Assembly (NCBI GenBank): GCA_965227775.1 | Contig: OZ245777.1 | Span: 1,888,001-1,952,000 of the forward strand | Reading direction: 5' to 3' | Source of the DNA: Phycisphaerales bacterium | Lineage (GTDB): Bacteria > Planctomycetota > Phycisphaerae > Phycisphaerales > UBA1924 | Length of the DNA: 64,000 nucleotides | Shown: one piece after another, positions 46,445-55,982 of the stretch | Position numbering within the stretch: the stretch's first letter is position 1 | Layout of the letters: each line of letters starts with the position of its first letter | Program-made: the position numbers and the translations under genes | The notes under the pieces: model-generated | Database searches by the model: none | Seen by the model: only the letters and a program-made list of their open reading frames with translations | Told to the model about the DNA's origin: nothing

Positions 46445-47179
46445 TCAGGCGCAGCCGGCGTCGAACTCGTTCTGGAAGGCAAGGAAGTCGAAGATCGTGA
46501 GATCGCCATCTCCATCGAAGTCGGCGACAGGATCGCCGGCATCGAAGAGGTTCTGGAATGCCAGGAAGTCGAAGATGGTCAGCTCGCCATCTCCGTCGAG
46601 GTCGGCCCGGCAACCGGAATCTGGATCGCCCTCGATGAATACGCTCACGGTGGCTCCGGTGCCGCCCGGTTGCCACTCGCCGGTATCGAAGCGCGTCGTC
46701 GATGTATAGCCCGAGACGCCCGTTGCCCAATTCCACACGGGATTCTCGGCGCCCGGGTAATCGCTCTCGGCCACGATCCAGTAGGGTTGTCCGGCTTCGA
46801 GCAGCGTGTCGCCGCTCGCGATCGCGGTATCCCGCTGCGGATCCCAGCCGATTGCGGTGATGAACAGGTCCATCACTTCGAGTTCCTCGCCCGAGGGAAC
46901 GAACGCGTCGCCGACGGCAAGGTCGGTCTGGACGCTCAGTCGCACGGGGCGGTCGAGCGGCACGCTCGCGTTGCTCATGAAGTAGGCCGAAACGCTGGTG
47001 AGGCGGTAGTCCTGGTCGGGCACGAACCGGACCGCCACCGATTGGTTGGTGAACACGTCGAAGCCGATCAGGCCGAAGGGGCTGCCAAAGGGATCGGCTG
47101 TCTCGAAGATGGTGTCGGCCAGGCTGGCGGGTGCGATAGCGGCGACGACGAGAGCGGCGGTCACGGTGCGAATCATCAA
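46445..47179 (-). CDS. secreted protein (choice-of-anchor-like beta domain) with GC-type dockerin-like tail
   Basis: GAGGAG RBS, with start at 47176 or 47179. Signal peptide; QSVAVRF.P..DY.LTSV...LEAGQPYWIV; tail ...FQNEFDAGCA. Confidence 0.88.
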   Translation of the reverse strand: MMIRTVTAALVVAAIAPASLADTIFETADPFGSPFGLIGFDVFTNQSVAVRFVPDQDYRLTSVSAYFMSNASVPLDRPVRLSVQTDLAVGDAFVPSGEELEVMDLFITAIGWDPQRDTAIASGDTLLEAGQPYWIVAESDYPGAENPVWNWATGVSGYTSTTRFDTGEWQPGGTGATVSVFIEGDPDSGCRADLDGDGELTIFDFLAFQNLFDAGDPVADFDGDGDLTIFDFLAFQNEFDAGCA

Positions 47180-47273
47180 GATCTCCTCTGTGAGCGGGAG
47201 CGGGTGGGGAGGTTGCTCCGCGCTAGGGATTGTAGTGTTCGTACTCGGGCTTGCCCGGTTTCATGCACAAAGA

Positions 47274-47313
47274 CACGCCCGGGACGATCTTCGGAGCGAT
47301 CGACCCGGGCATG
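47274..47313 (-). terminator. hairpin/terminator downstream of 47356-48954
   Basis: GCCCGGG..GATC..GATC..CCCGGGC inverted repeat followed by GTCTTTGT on the minus strand. Confidence 0.5.
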
Positions 47314-47355
47314 GGTATGGGTTTGGATGTCGGTCGGGGCTCGGGCAGAGAAGGC

Positions 47356-48954
47356 TTACGGGCAGCCGGCCGCGAAGAGGTTGGAGAACATCAGGAAGTC
47401 GAAGATATCGAGCACGCCGTTGCCGTCGAGGTCCGCCTCGCAGCCGACGTTGATCGAGACCTGATCTCCGCCGCTGTTGCCGCTCGGAGCGAAGCAGCCG
47501 ACGCGGGCCTTGTCGGAGACGCGGAGGCGGACGGTGTAGGCACACCGGTCGAGGCCTTCGGTATCCCACACGGCGATGACGCCACCCGCGGGGATGTTGT
47601 CGTTGCCGCTCTCAATGCGGGTCCAGCCGCGGCTGCTGCCACCGGTGTACTCGAGAACCCAAGAGGAGATGTTCTTGTCGAAGATCTCGCCCTTGATCTC
47701 GACCTTGCCGTTCACCCACTCGCAGGGCACGAGCGAGGTGATGCGGCCGACGGGCGCGGTATTGTCGACCTCATACGTGCGAACGATGTCGGCGGTGTTG
47801 TCGCAGATGTCGCTGACGCGAACGCGGACCTGGTAGTTGCCGTCCAGCACGGTGCGCGTGTTCCAAAATGCGATCGGGTCGTTGATGACGCGGCCGGTGT
47901 AGATGGGCGTGCCGCCGTCGACCGGCAGGTACGAGCCGCCGCTGGTGGGGCGATAGTCGACGCGGTAGTTGGCGAAGCAGTCTTCACCCACGGTTCCGTC
48001 CAGGCACGCGTTGCCGCCGATGATCTCGCCGTCGACGGGCGTGCGGATGCTGGCGGGGCTTGCGGTCGTGTTGAGGCGGAACTCGAGCGCAGCGGTTGAG
48101 ACCAGGCCGACCTGGTTGATTGCCTCGACCTCGACGATGTACTCGCCGTCGGGCTGGCCGGACGCGTTCCAGAGCGCGAGGCGGCCGGTGGAACAGACTT
48201 CGTCGGTGGTCGGGGTCAGCTCGGTCCACCCGGTGCCGTCCGCGCCGCTCGAGCGCCGGATGCGGACGCTGAAGGTCATGTCGCTCTCGGCATCGCAGGC
48301 AACGCCGTCGATGCTCACCAGGCCGATGGTCGAGGGGCACACGCAGGATTCCGGGCTCGGGCTGGTGATGCGTACGACGGGCGGCGTTGTATCGATGACG
48401 GGCGCCGCAACGGTGATGGTGGTGCTGGTGCCGTCTTCCAGTTGCAGGGTCATCCTGCCATTGACCGCGAACTGGTCCGCATCGGTGCTGGCCTTGAACG
48501 GTCGGGACTCGACGCCGCGGAAGACCGGAGCAAAGCTGAAGCTGTAATCGATGTCGTCGCCGTCGCCGCTTCGTGACGCGAAGGTGGGCGCGGCCGTGCC
48601 AAGGCTGCACGTGCTCCAGTCGACATCGGTGGCGAAGCCCTCGAAGCCCTCTCTGATGACCCGACTGATACCAAGGGCGCTCGAGCCGGTGACATCTCGG
48701 ATGCGAGGCTCGAAGCTGAGCGTGCCGTCAGTTCGGCGCACAACGCGGTCTTGGATCCGGCCACTGATCACCCTGCCGCTGCCGTCGATGATCGTGAAGG
48801 GCACCGATGTTTCACGAACGACGGTTCCGCCGGGCCCGCAACGACCCGGCAGGCTTGCCGAACCACCCGGTGCCAGCGGCACGGCAAGAGCGTGGCCTGC
48901 GGCGAGCGTGACGGTGGCGGCGGTGACGAACGACTTGGGCGATCCGAGGGGCAT
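47356..48954 (-). CDS. secreted Cys-rich protein with three Ig-like repeats and a single (half) dockerin-like motif
   Basis: AAGGAG RBS and signal peptide. Repeats D.T.P.V.ITSP...WN......G.Y.V.V.V.D occur three times. Tail CEADLDGNGVLDIFDFLMFSNLFAAGCP. Confidence 0.85.
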   Translation of the reverse strand: MPLGSPKSFVTAATVTLAAGHALAVPLAPGGSASLPGRCGPGGTVVRETSVPFTIIDGSGRVISGRIQDRVVRRTDGTLSFEPRIRDVTGSSALGISRVIREGFEGFATDVDWSTCSLGTAAPTFASRSGDGDDIDYSFSFAPVFRGVESRPFKASTDADQFAVNGRMTLQLEDGTSTTITVAAPVIDTTPPVVRITSPSPESCVCPSTIGLVSIDGVACDAESDMTFSVRIRRSSGADGTGWTELTPTTDEVCSTGRLALWNASGQPDGEYIVEVEAINQVGLVSTAALEFRLNTTASPASIRTPVDGEIIGGNACLDGTVGEDCFANYRVDYRPTSGGSYLPVDGGTPIYTGRVINDPIAFWNTRTVLDGNYQVRVRVSDICDNTADIVRTYEVDNTAPVGRITSLVPCEWVNGKVEIKGEIFDKNISSWVLEYTGGSSRGWTRIESGNDNIPAGGVIAVWDTEGLDRCAYTVRLRVSDKARVGCFAPSGNSGGDQVSINVGCEADLDGNGVLDIFDFLMFSNLFAAGCP

Positions 48955-49050
48955 GGCTGTTCTCCTTTTTGTAGCTCCACCCTGGGGAAGGGCTGCCACC
49001 GGAGTCAGCGCAAAGACGGCCCAAGACTCACGCGATACTCGTAGTTTTTC

Positions 49051-50265
49051 TCAGCACCCCGCGGCAAAGGCTGCCTGGAACGCGATGAAATCTGTGATTG
49101 TCAGCTCGCCGTCGCCGTCGAGGTCGGCTCGTAAGTCGCCGGCGTTGAAGCGGTTAACGAATGCAAGGAAGTCGAAGGTGTCGAGCGTCTCGTTGAGGTC
49201 GATATCCGGTGGGCAGTCGGTGGGGAGGGTGAAGCCGGTGATGATCGCCACTCGGTAATCGCGTTCGGGGCCCACGACGTAGGCGATGGCGAGGGATGAG
49301 CCATCTGGCGAAAGTGCGGTTGGACTGAATCGGTCCGGCAACTCCCAGCTCAGCCTGCGCGCCTCCAGATAGCGTCGTACTTCGATGAGGCCCAACTCGT
49401 TGTCATAGACCCGAGTCCCGCCCGGCCAACTCCATGCGACGATGCGACCGTCTCGGCTCATCGAACCCGCGCCCGAGGTGTCTCCGTGTAGGCCGAGGTC
49501 GAGGAGGCCTTCGTCCCGGTCCCACACATACGCGAAGTAGGTGGCGACGGGATCCGTGTAGCTCCCGGTAACGCGCGAGCCATCGCCGGAGATGTCGACG
49601 AGGTAGCCACCCTCGGCATCCGCCGGCAGCGGGAGCACACGCACGGGTTGGCCGTCCTCCCAGATGCAGGGCACCAGAGCCCGACCGGGACTACTGGCAA
49701 AGCCTGCGACGACCCGGCCGTCGGAGTTCACCGCTTGCGCGACGGCTTTCGAAAACCCATCGGGCGGCGGAAGCAGCCGAACGCCCGAAGTCGAGTCCCA
49801 CACAAACGCGGGCTCGAGGCCATCGTCCGAATCCAGCAGCCCGACGATGGCTTGGCCATCATCACTCATGCCGAGCGGGAACAGCCTGCTGAATCCCGGC
49901 GGGGGCGCAATGGTCTCAACTCCGCCCTCCAGGTCCCATCGGACTCCAACGCCGAGGCCTGTGCTCGGATCGACCGTTGCTCCTGCGACAAACCTTCCAT
50001 CGGCCGAGATGCCACTCACACGCTGCGCCAAAGTGCCAAACACAAGCGGGAGGGCTTGAGTGCCGAGGCCATGTCGCCAAACGACTGGCGTGAACCGGTC
50101 CAGCGGGAAGCCGCTCCAAGACTCGCCGACCACGACTTCGCCTCCATCGGCCATGTCGCCAATGGACATGGAATCATCGCCGGCGAGTGGCGGCACCTCG
50201 ATGATCTGTTGGGCGTGAACGCAAGAGGCGATCACGAGGGCGATCGTCGCGCATGTCGTTCGCAT
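49051..50265 (-). CDS. secreted HAF-type repeat beta-propeller protein with GC-type dockerin-like tail
   Basis: GGAG before ATG 50265 and signal peptide (VHA). Repeated (I/M)S.DG..VVG...AFVW...G...L units. Tail CPPDIDLNETLDTFDFLAF...FQAAFAAGC. Confidence 0.88.
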   Translation of the reverse strand: MRTTCATIALVIASCVHAQQIIEVPPLAGDDSMSIGDMADGGEVVVGESWSGFPLDRFTPVVWRHGLGTQALPLVFGTLAQRVSGISADGRFVAGATVDPSTGLGVGVRWDLEGGVETIAPPPGFSRLFPLGMSDDGQAIVGLLDSDDGLEPAFVWDSTSGVRLLPPPDGFSKAVAQAVNSDGRVVAGFASSPGRALVPCIWEDGQPVRVLPLPADAEGGYLVDISGDGSRVTGSYTDPVATYFAYVWDRDEGLLDLGLHGDTSGAGSMSRDGRIVAWSWPGGTRVYDNELGLIEVRRYLEARRLSWELPDRFSPTALSPDGSSLAIAYVVGPERDYRVAIITGFTLPTDCPPDIDLNETLDTFDFLAFVNRFNAGDLRADLDGDGELTITDFIAFQAAFAAGC

Positions 50266-50389
50266 TTGATGTGCTCCATGTCGTTGCGTTAAGGGTGCCC
50301 CCCATGCATCGGCGTTCACCGCTCGATCGCTGGAGACCTCGGGGCTAGCGTGGATCCGCCCGAACCTCACGCACTCCGACAAGGAATTC

Positions 50390-50983
50390 ATGACCATGAC
50401 CCAACCCAAGATCCTCGCTTTCGCCGGCAGCTTGCGCGCCGATTCCTTCAACCACAAACTCGCCGTTGCCGCGTCGAAGGGCGCCGAGGCGGCCGGCGCG
50501 CACGTGACGGTGATTCGCCTGAAGGACTTTGCATTGCCGGTCTTCGACGAGGATGAGGAAGCCGCCAACGGCCTGCCTGAGAACTGCCTGAAGCTCAAGG
50601 CCTTGTTCAAGGCCCACCACGGATTCATCATCGGCTGCCCGGAGTACAACAGCAGCATCACCGCCGTGCTCAAGAACGCCGTTGACTGGGTCAGCCGCCC
50701 GGCCGAGGGCGAAGCACCGCTTGAGTGCTTCGACCGCAAGGTCATCGGCCTGACCGCGGCCTCGCCCGGCGGGCTTGGCGGCATCCGTGGCCTACCGATC
50801 GAGCGCATGCTCTTCGGCCACATCAAGGCGATCGTGCTGCCCGACCAATTCGCGCTGTCCCAGGCCCACGAGGCATTCGATGATCAGGGCAACCTGAAGA
50901 ACGACAAGCAGCGTGAGATGGCCGAGGGTGTTGGCAAGGCGGTGGCCGAGGTCGCGGCGCAGGCCGGCAAGGTTACGGCTTAG
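50390..50983 (+). CDS. NADPH-dependent FMN reductase (ChrR/SsuE-like)
   Basis: FAGSLRADSFN, PEYNSSI.AVLKNAVDWVSR and ASPGGLGG.RG. Confidence 0.93.
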   Translation: MTMTQPKILAFAGSLRADSFNHKLAVAASKGAEAAGAHVTVIRLKDFALPVFDEDEEAANGLPENCLKLKALFKAHHGFIIGCPEYNSSITAVLKNAVDWVSRPAEGEAPLECFDRKVIGLTAASPGGLGGIRGLPIERMLFGHIKAIVLPDQFALSQAHEAFDDQGNLKNDKQREMAEGVGKAVAEVAAQAGKVTA

Positions 50984-51044
50984 GGAAAGCCGGAGATTTA
51001 CTCCGGGTGATGCCTGACAGCCGGGGGAGCTTCGCGCATCCTTC

Positions 51045-52391
51045 ATGACCACGATGGTCCGACGGCTGGTCGAGCGTGTGGTCGCATTTGAAGAGGGCGA
51101 GCTCGCGCCGGCGGTGCTGTCGGCGGCGTACTTCTTCTGCCTGCTTTTTGGCTACTTCATGCTGCGGCCGCTGCGCGACGCCATGGGCCTCGCCGGCGGG
51201 GTCGACTCGCTACGGCTGTTGTTCCTGGGCACGCTTGGTGTGATGGTGGTCGCGAACCTGGTGTTCGCCGCGGTCGCCTCGCGCGTGCCGCGGCGGGTGT
51301 TCGTGCCGCTCGTCTACGGCTTCGGCGTCGCGTGCCTCGTGGGATTCTTGCTCGCGTTCCTCGTGCTGGGCGATCAGCGGTCCGAAGCCGTCGGCAAGGT
51401 CTTCTACGTCTGGCTGAGCGTCTTCAACCTCATGGCGACGGCGGTCTTCTGGGGCTTCATGGCCGACATCTTCCGGAAGCCACAGGCCGCGAGGCTCTTT
51501 GGGTTCATCGCGGTGGGGGGGACGGCCGGGGCCATCTGCGGCTCGGCGTGGACTGGCCTGTTGTCGGAGACGATCGGCACGGTCGGCTTGTTTGCCGGAG
51601 CGTCGTTCCTGATCTTGTGCGCGGGTGCGTTGGCGATCGTCTTGGACCGCGTGGCCGAACGCCGGCGCATGGGCTCGGCCGAGCACACGCTCGACGCGGG
51701 CGGTGCACTCGGCGGCACGAGCTGGCAGGGCGTGGTCGACGTGCTGCGCTCTCCGTACCTTCTTGGCATCGCTTGCTACGTCGCGGCATTCACCATCGGC
51801 TCGACGTTGCTGTACTTCGAGAAGATGCGCATCATCGAAGGATTCGCCGAGACGACCGAGTCTCGCGCTCAGGTGCTCGCGTGGATCGAGCTTGGCGGCC
51901 AGACGCTCACGGTCCTGCTGCAGCTGTTCCTCACCGGGCGGCTTATGCGTCGCCTGGGCGTCGGGGCGCTGCTGGCCGTCGTGCCGATGGTCACGGTCAT
52001 CGGATTCGTCGGCCTGGCCGCGGCACCGGTGCTGCTGGTGCTGGCGATCTTCGAGGTCGCGCGCCGCGCGAGCCATTATGCCTTGAGCAAGCCGGCGCGC
52101 GAGGCGCTCTTCACGACCGTGCCGAGGGCCGACAAGTACAAGGCCAAGGGCATCATCGATACGTTCGTTTACCGCGGCGGCGATACGGCGGGCACCGTCG
52201 CCGACGCGGCGCTCGCTGCCATCGGCCTTGCGGCCGCGTGGCTGGCGGTGCCGCTGGGCATCGGTTCGCTCTTCGTGGGCGTCTGGCTCGGCCGACGCTC
52301 ACACAACGCCGAGCCAGTCGATTCGTCGCTGCCAGATGTGCCGGGCGCCGCGCCCGCATCGCTCGCCAGCCCCGCGAACACCCACGTATAA
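51045..52391 (+). CDS. MFS transporter of the NTT/TLC (AAA, nucleotide exchanger)-like group
   Basis: YFMLRPLRDAMG, FYVWLSVFNL..VFWGFMADIF...QAARLFGFI and KPAREALFT.V...DKYKAK..ID..VYRGGD. Confidence 0.88.
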   Translation: MTTMVRRLVERVVAFEEGELAPAVLSAAYFFCLLFGYFMLRPLRDAMGLAGGVDSLRLLFLGTLGVMVVANLVFAAVASRVPRRVFVPLVYGFGVACLVGFLLAFLVLGDQRSEAVGKVFYVWLSVFNLMATAVFWGFMADIFRKPQAARLFGFIAVGGTAGAICGSAWTGLLSETIGTVGLFAGASFLILCAGALAIVLDRVAERRRMGSAEHTLDAGGALGGTSWQGVVDVLRSPYLLGIACYVAAFTIGSTLLYFEKMRIIEGFAETTESRAQVLAWIELGGQTLTVLLQLFLTGRLMRRLGVGALLAVVPMVTVIGFVGLAAAPVLLVLAIFEVARRASHYALSKPAREALFTTVPRADKYKAKGIIDTFVYRGGDTAGTVADAALAAIGLAAAWLAVPLGIGSLFVGVWLGRRSHNAEPVDSSLPDVPGAAPASLASPANTHV

Positions 52392-52412
52392 CCCCCCGAT
52401 GAGGATCACGCC

Positions 52413-53642
52413 ATGCACCAGACCCGTCGAGAGTTTCTCGTGACCGCCTCGGCCGCCAGCGCCGCCGCCCTGCTCGGGCTCGGCCCGTGGACGCAGCACG
52501 CGTTCGCCAAGGGCAAGGCCGCCAAGCAGCTCAAGATCCTGTTCCTCGGCGGTACGGGCATGCTCGGGCCGCACGTGATCAAGATCCTGCTCGACCGCGG
52601 GCACGAGGTCACGCTCTTCAACCGCGGCAACCGCGACGAGATGTTCCCCGACCTGGAGTTCATCCAGGGCAACCGCATCGTCGACGTCGAGCCCGGGCTC
52701 AAGCCCCTGCAAGACGAGGTCGACGCCGGACGCCGCTGGGACGCGGTCATCGATACCGCCAGCGTGCACACGTGGGTCGAGAACAGCGCGAAGCTCCTGA
52801 AGGATAACGCCGACCACTACACCTACATCTCGTCGCTGAGCGTCTACGCCGACAACAGCCGTGTCGGCCTCGACGAAGAAGACGCCGTGGCGACGATGCC
52901 CGATGACGTCGCAGACGGCATTACCGCCCTGCCCTACGACATGACGTACTACGGCGCCGTCAAGGCGCGCAGCGAGGACGCGGCCCGACGCCACTTCCCC
53001 GGCAAGGCGCTCGTCCATCGGCCTGGTTTGCTCGTCGGTCCGCGAGACTTCACGCATCGCTTCACGTACTGGCCGTACCGCGTGCGCGAGGGCGGCGAGG
53101 TGCTTGCGCCCGGCGCTGCCGACCACAGCCTGCAGTTCATCGACGTGCGAGACCTCGCCGCGTTCATGGTCCTGGGTATCGAGCGGGGAACGACTGGCAC
53201 CTTCAACGTCAACGGTCCGGTTGGCGGCGGCATGACGATCGGCAGACTCCTTGGGGCCTGCAAGAGGGCCACCGGCAGTGACGCCACGTTCACCTATGCC
53301 GAGGGCGACTGGCTCGCGAGCCAGGGCGTGAACCCGTGGGCGCAGATGCCGGTGTGGATCCCGCCGAGCCTCGAGATGATCGGCTTCCACACGCGCGATC
53401 TGTCGAAGGCGGCGGCCGCGGGGCTGACGACGCGCCCGCTGGAGGCGACCATCGCCGACACGCTCACGTGGCTCGACGAGGAGTACATGCCCATGTGGAC
53501 GCAGGCGATGGCCGACCGTGGTGAGACCGACGCGACGTTCGGCTTCGGAGGCAACCGCCCGGGCATCACCCGCGAGCAGGAGGCCGAGCTGCTGGCGATG
53601 TGGAAGGCCCGCGGCGAGGGCGGCGACCAGGACGACGGCTAG
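52413..53642 (+). CDS. Tat-signal NAD-dependent epimerase/dehydratase-family (atypical SDR) protein
   Basis: TRREFL twin-arginine signal ending AFA; LGGTGMLG, LFNRG, YISSLSVY, YGAVK, RPGLLVGP.D and QFIDVRDLA. Confidence 0.88.
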   Translation: MHQTRREFLVTASAASAAALLGLGPWTQHAFAKGKAAKQLKILFLGGTGMLGPHVIKILLDRGHEVTLFNRGNRDEMFPDLEFIQGNRIVDVEPGLKPLQDEVDAGRRWDAVIDTASVHTWVENSAKLLKDNADHYTYISSLSVYADNSRVGLDEEDAVATMPDDVADGITALPYDMTYYGAVKARSEDAARRHFPGKALVHRPGLLVGPRDFTHRFTYWPYRVREGGEVLAPGAADHSLQFIDVRDLAAFMVLGIERGTTGTFNVNGPVGGGMTIGRLLGACKRATGSDATFTYAEGDWLASQGVNPWAQMPVWIPPSLEMIGFHTRDLSKAAAAGLTTRPLEATIADTLTWLDEEYMPMWTQAMADRGETDATFGFGGNRPGITREQEAELLAMWKARGEGGDQDDG

Positions 53643-54796
53643 CCGATCGCGCGCTCCAGGTCCGCGATCAGGTCGTCCACGTCCTCGATGCCCACGCTGA
53701 GCCGAACAAGATTGTCGGCGATGCCGAGCTTGGCGCGCTGGTCGGCCGGCACGCTGGCGTGCGTCATGATGGCCGGGTGCTCGATCAGGCTCTCGACCCC
53801 GCCCAGGCTCTCGGCGAGCGCGAAGATCTTGACGGTCTCAAGCATCTTGCGGCTCTCGTCCAGACCGCCCTTCAGGTAGATCGTGACCATGCCGCCGAAG
53901 CCACGCATCTGCTTGGCGGCGATGGCGTGCTGCGGGTGGCTCTCCAGGCCCGGGTACACGACCTTGTCGACCTTCGCGTGCGCCTCGAGATACCGCGCGA
54001 CCTTGGCCGCGTTCTCGCAGTGGCGATCCATGCGCACGTGCAGGGTCTTGGTCGACCGCAGGAACAGGAAGCACTCCTGGATGCCCGGCACCGCGCCCTC
54101 GCTCAGCTGCAGGAACTTGAGGCCATTGTGGATCTCATCGTCGTTGACGATCAGCGCCCCGCCGATCGCGTCGCTGTGCCCGCCGAGGTACTTCGTGAGC
54201 GAGTGGCACACGATGTCGGCGCCCAGGCTTAGCGGGTTCTGCAAGTAGGGGCTGGAGAAGGTGTTGTCGACGGCGACCATCGCGCCCGCCTTCGTTCCCA
54301 TCTCGGCCATCGCGGCGATGTCGATGATCTTGAGCGTCGGGTTCGTCGGCGTCTCGATCCACAGCAGCTTCGTGTTGCCCTTGATGGCGCTCTTCACCGC
54401 GTCGTGGTCGGTCATGTCGACCAGGCTGATCTCGATGCCAAGCTGCTGGAACACCTTGTGGAAGATGCGGTTGGTCCCGCCGTAGACGTCGTCACAAAGA
54501 ACAACATGGTCGCCGGCCTTGAGCAAGTGGATGACCGCGCCCGTCGCCGCCACGCCACTGGAGAACGCGAGCCCGTGCGTGCCGCCCTCGAGCGAGGCGA
54601 GGTTGGCCTCGAGGGCCGTGCGCGTCGGGTTGGCCGCCCGGCTGTAGTCGTACTCGCCGATGATCTCGCCGGGCGACTTCTGGACGTACGTCGAGGTCTG
54701 GTAGATGGGCGTGCAGATGGCCCCGGTCGAGGGGTCGGGGCTCTGGCCGGCGTGGATGGCCCGGGTCCCGAAGCGTGCGTTCTCGTCGATCTTCAT
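53639..54796 (-). CDS. cystathionine gamma-synthase/gamma-lyase (Cys/Met metabolism PLP enzyme)
   Basis: FGTRAIHAGQ, PIYQTSTY, YSR..NPTR, ETPTNP, VDNTF, PLP lysine in HSLTKYLGGHSD, AESLGGVESLIEHP and RLSVGIED. Confidence 0.95.
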   Translation of the reverse strand: MKIDENARFGTRAIHAGQSPDPSTGAICTPIYQTSTYVQKSPGEIIGEYDYSRAANPTRTALEANLASLEGGTHGLAFSSGVAATGAVIHLLKAGDHVVLCDDVYGGTNRIFHKVFQQLGIEISLVDMTDHDAVKSAIKGNTKLLWIETPTNPTLKIIDIAAMAEMGTKAGAMVAVDNTFSSPYLQNPLSLGADIVCHSLTKYLGGHSDAIGGALIVNDDEIHNGLKFLQLSEGAVPGIQECFLFLRSTKTLHVRMDRHCENAAKVARYLEAHAKVDKVVYPGLESHPQHAIAAKQMRGFGGMVTIYLKGGLDESRKMLETVKIFALAESLGGVESLIEHPAIMTHASVPADQRAKLGIADNLVRLSVGIEDVDDLIADLERAIG

Positions 54797-55030
54797 GCGC
54801 GTGGCCCCGTACTTGGCGTGTCTGGAAGGGGTGGGAGGGAGCGAGCCGCAGGGTAGGGGGCGGGATAGCTTGACGCTTCGCCAGCGGGGCCGCGCCCTTC
54901 GGGCTTGCGATCGCGGGGCGAGCGATCTACCGCTGCTGCTGCGCACCAACGTGCAACGGGCCACCGATGGCGCTTCCCGGGCGCCCGGCGACTTCCGCTG
55001 CGTCGTTGGGTTGTCGATGCGTCGGACCTC

Positions 55031-55741
55031 TTAGCCAGCGGCCAAGTGGTCCTCGCCCGTCACGGGCTCGATGCTGCCGGCCGTCTCGTTGGTCTGCGTG
55101 CCAAAGGGGATTGTCCGCGTGACGCTCCACTGGCTCTGCGGGCCGGTGCTCAGTCGGGCGGCGACGCGGTAGCCCACGCTCCGCACGCCGTCCGGCACGC
55201 TGGTGTCGACGAAGCGCTTGTCATCGCCGGCGAAGCCGAGGAAGGCGTAGGGCGACTCGACGCCCTCGCTGCTGGTCGTGCGGCGCTGCACCAAGTAGGT
55301 CGCGCCGCCGCCTGTCGTTGCCTTGAAGGTCAGTTCGATCGAGCCGTCGGTCTCGACGGTCGTGCGCAGGTCGGTGGGCGCGGCCGGCGCGGTTCGCTCG
55401 CTGGGCGTCTTGGGCGCGGGGATGCCGGCCTTGGGGTAGACGCCCGGGTCGCCGGTCGTTGTTGCGAAGGCATCGATGCGCGCCAGGTCGGCGCTCGCCT
55501 CGGCCCGCAGCGTGGCGAAGGTCGCGTCCTTCAGTGCCGTCGCGTCACGAGACGCCTGGCGCGCCGCGATCATGGCCGCGTACGCCGCCTCGGCGGCCAC
55601 CGTCTTTTCCTCGAACGAGGCGATTTCCGTGGAATCGAGACCGATCACCGGCGGCGTGCCCCCGCCGGCCCAGATGTCCGCGTGCGTGCGCGACCAGTCG
55701 ATGAAGCTGGCGTCGTCCGTGGGGATCCGTCCGTTGCTCAT
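55031..55741 (-). CDS. hypothetical protein with helical N-domain and fibronectin type III-like C-domain
   Basis: GGAGG RBS, helical/coiled N-half, and PAAPTDL...IELTF...YLVQR...FVD...YRV.A....S.WS (Fn3-like). No signal peptide. Confidence 0.75.
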   Translation of the reverse strand: MSNGRIPTDDASFIDWSRTHADIWAGGGTPPVIGLDSTEIASFEEKTVAAEAAYAAMIAARQASRDATALKDATFATLRAEASADLARIDAFATTTGDPGVYPKAGIPAPKTPSERTAPAAPTDLRTTVETDGSIELTFKATTGGGATYLVQRRTTSSEGVESPYAFLGFAGDDKRFVDTSVPDGVRSVGYRVAARLSTGPQSQWSVTRTIPFGTQTNETAGSIEPVTGEDHLAAG

Positions 55742-55982
55742 GGCGAGCGCCTCCGGTGGTGGGGCCGCGTTGTGCGCGTGGCCCCTGGCTGTCCGGGCCG
55801 GCCACCGGCTCGCTGCCGATCGTGCCGCCCATGCCGGATGTATCGAGTGGATGGGAGGGGGACTTCACTGTGTGAGGGGGAAAATCTGAAAATTGTCTGG
55901 CGTTGGGTCTAAAGGGTGGTTATTGGGGTACTAACACCATTGATCTTGGTGAGATCTCCCAAATCTTCAGCGAGAAGGACTG

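Noticed and set aside
44258..46620. Diversity-generating retroelement (template/variable repeats) explanation for the similar dockerin tails
   Set aside because: No reverse transcriptase in the window, all copies are coding, and differences are not visibly adenine-specific.
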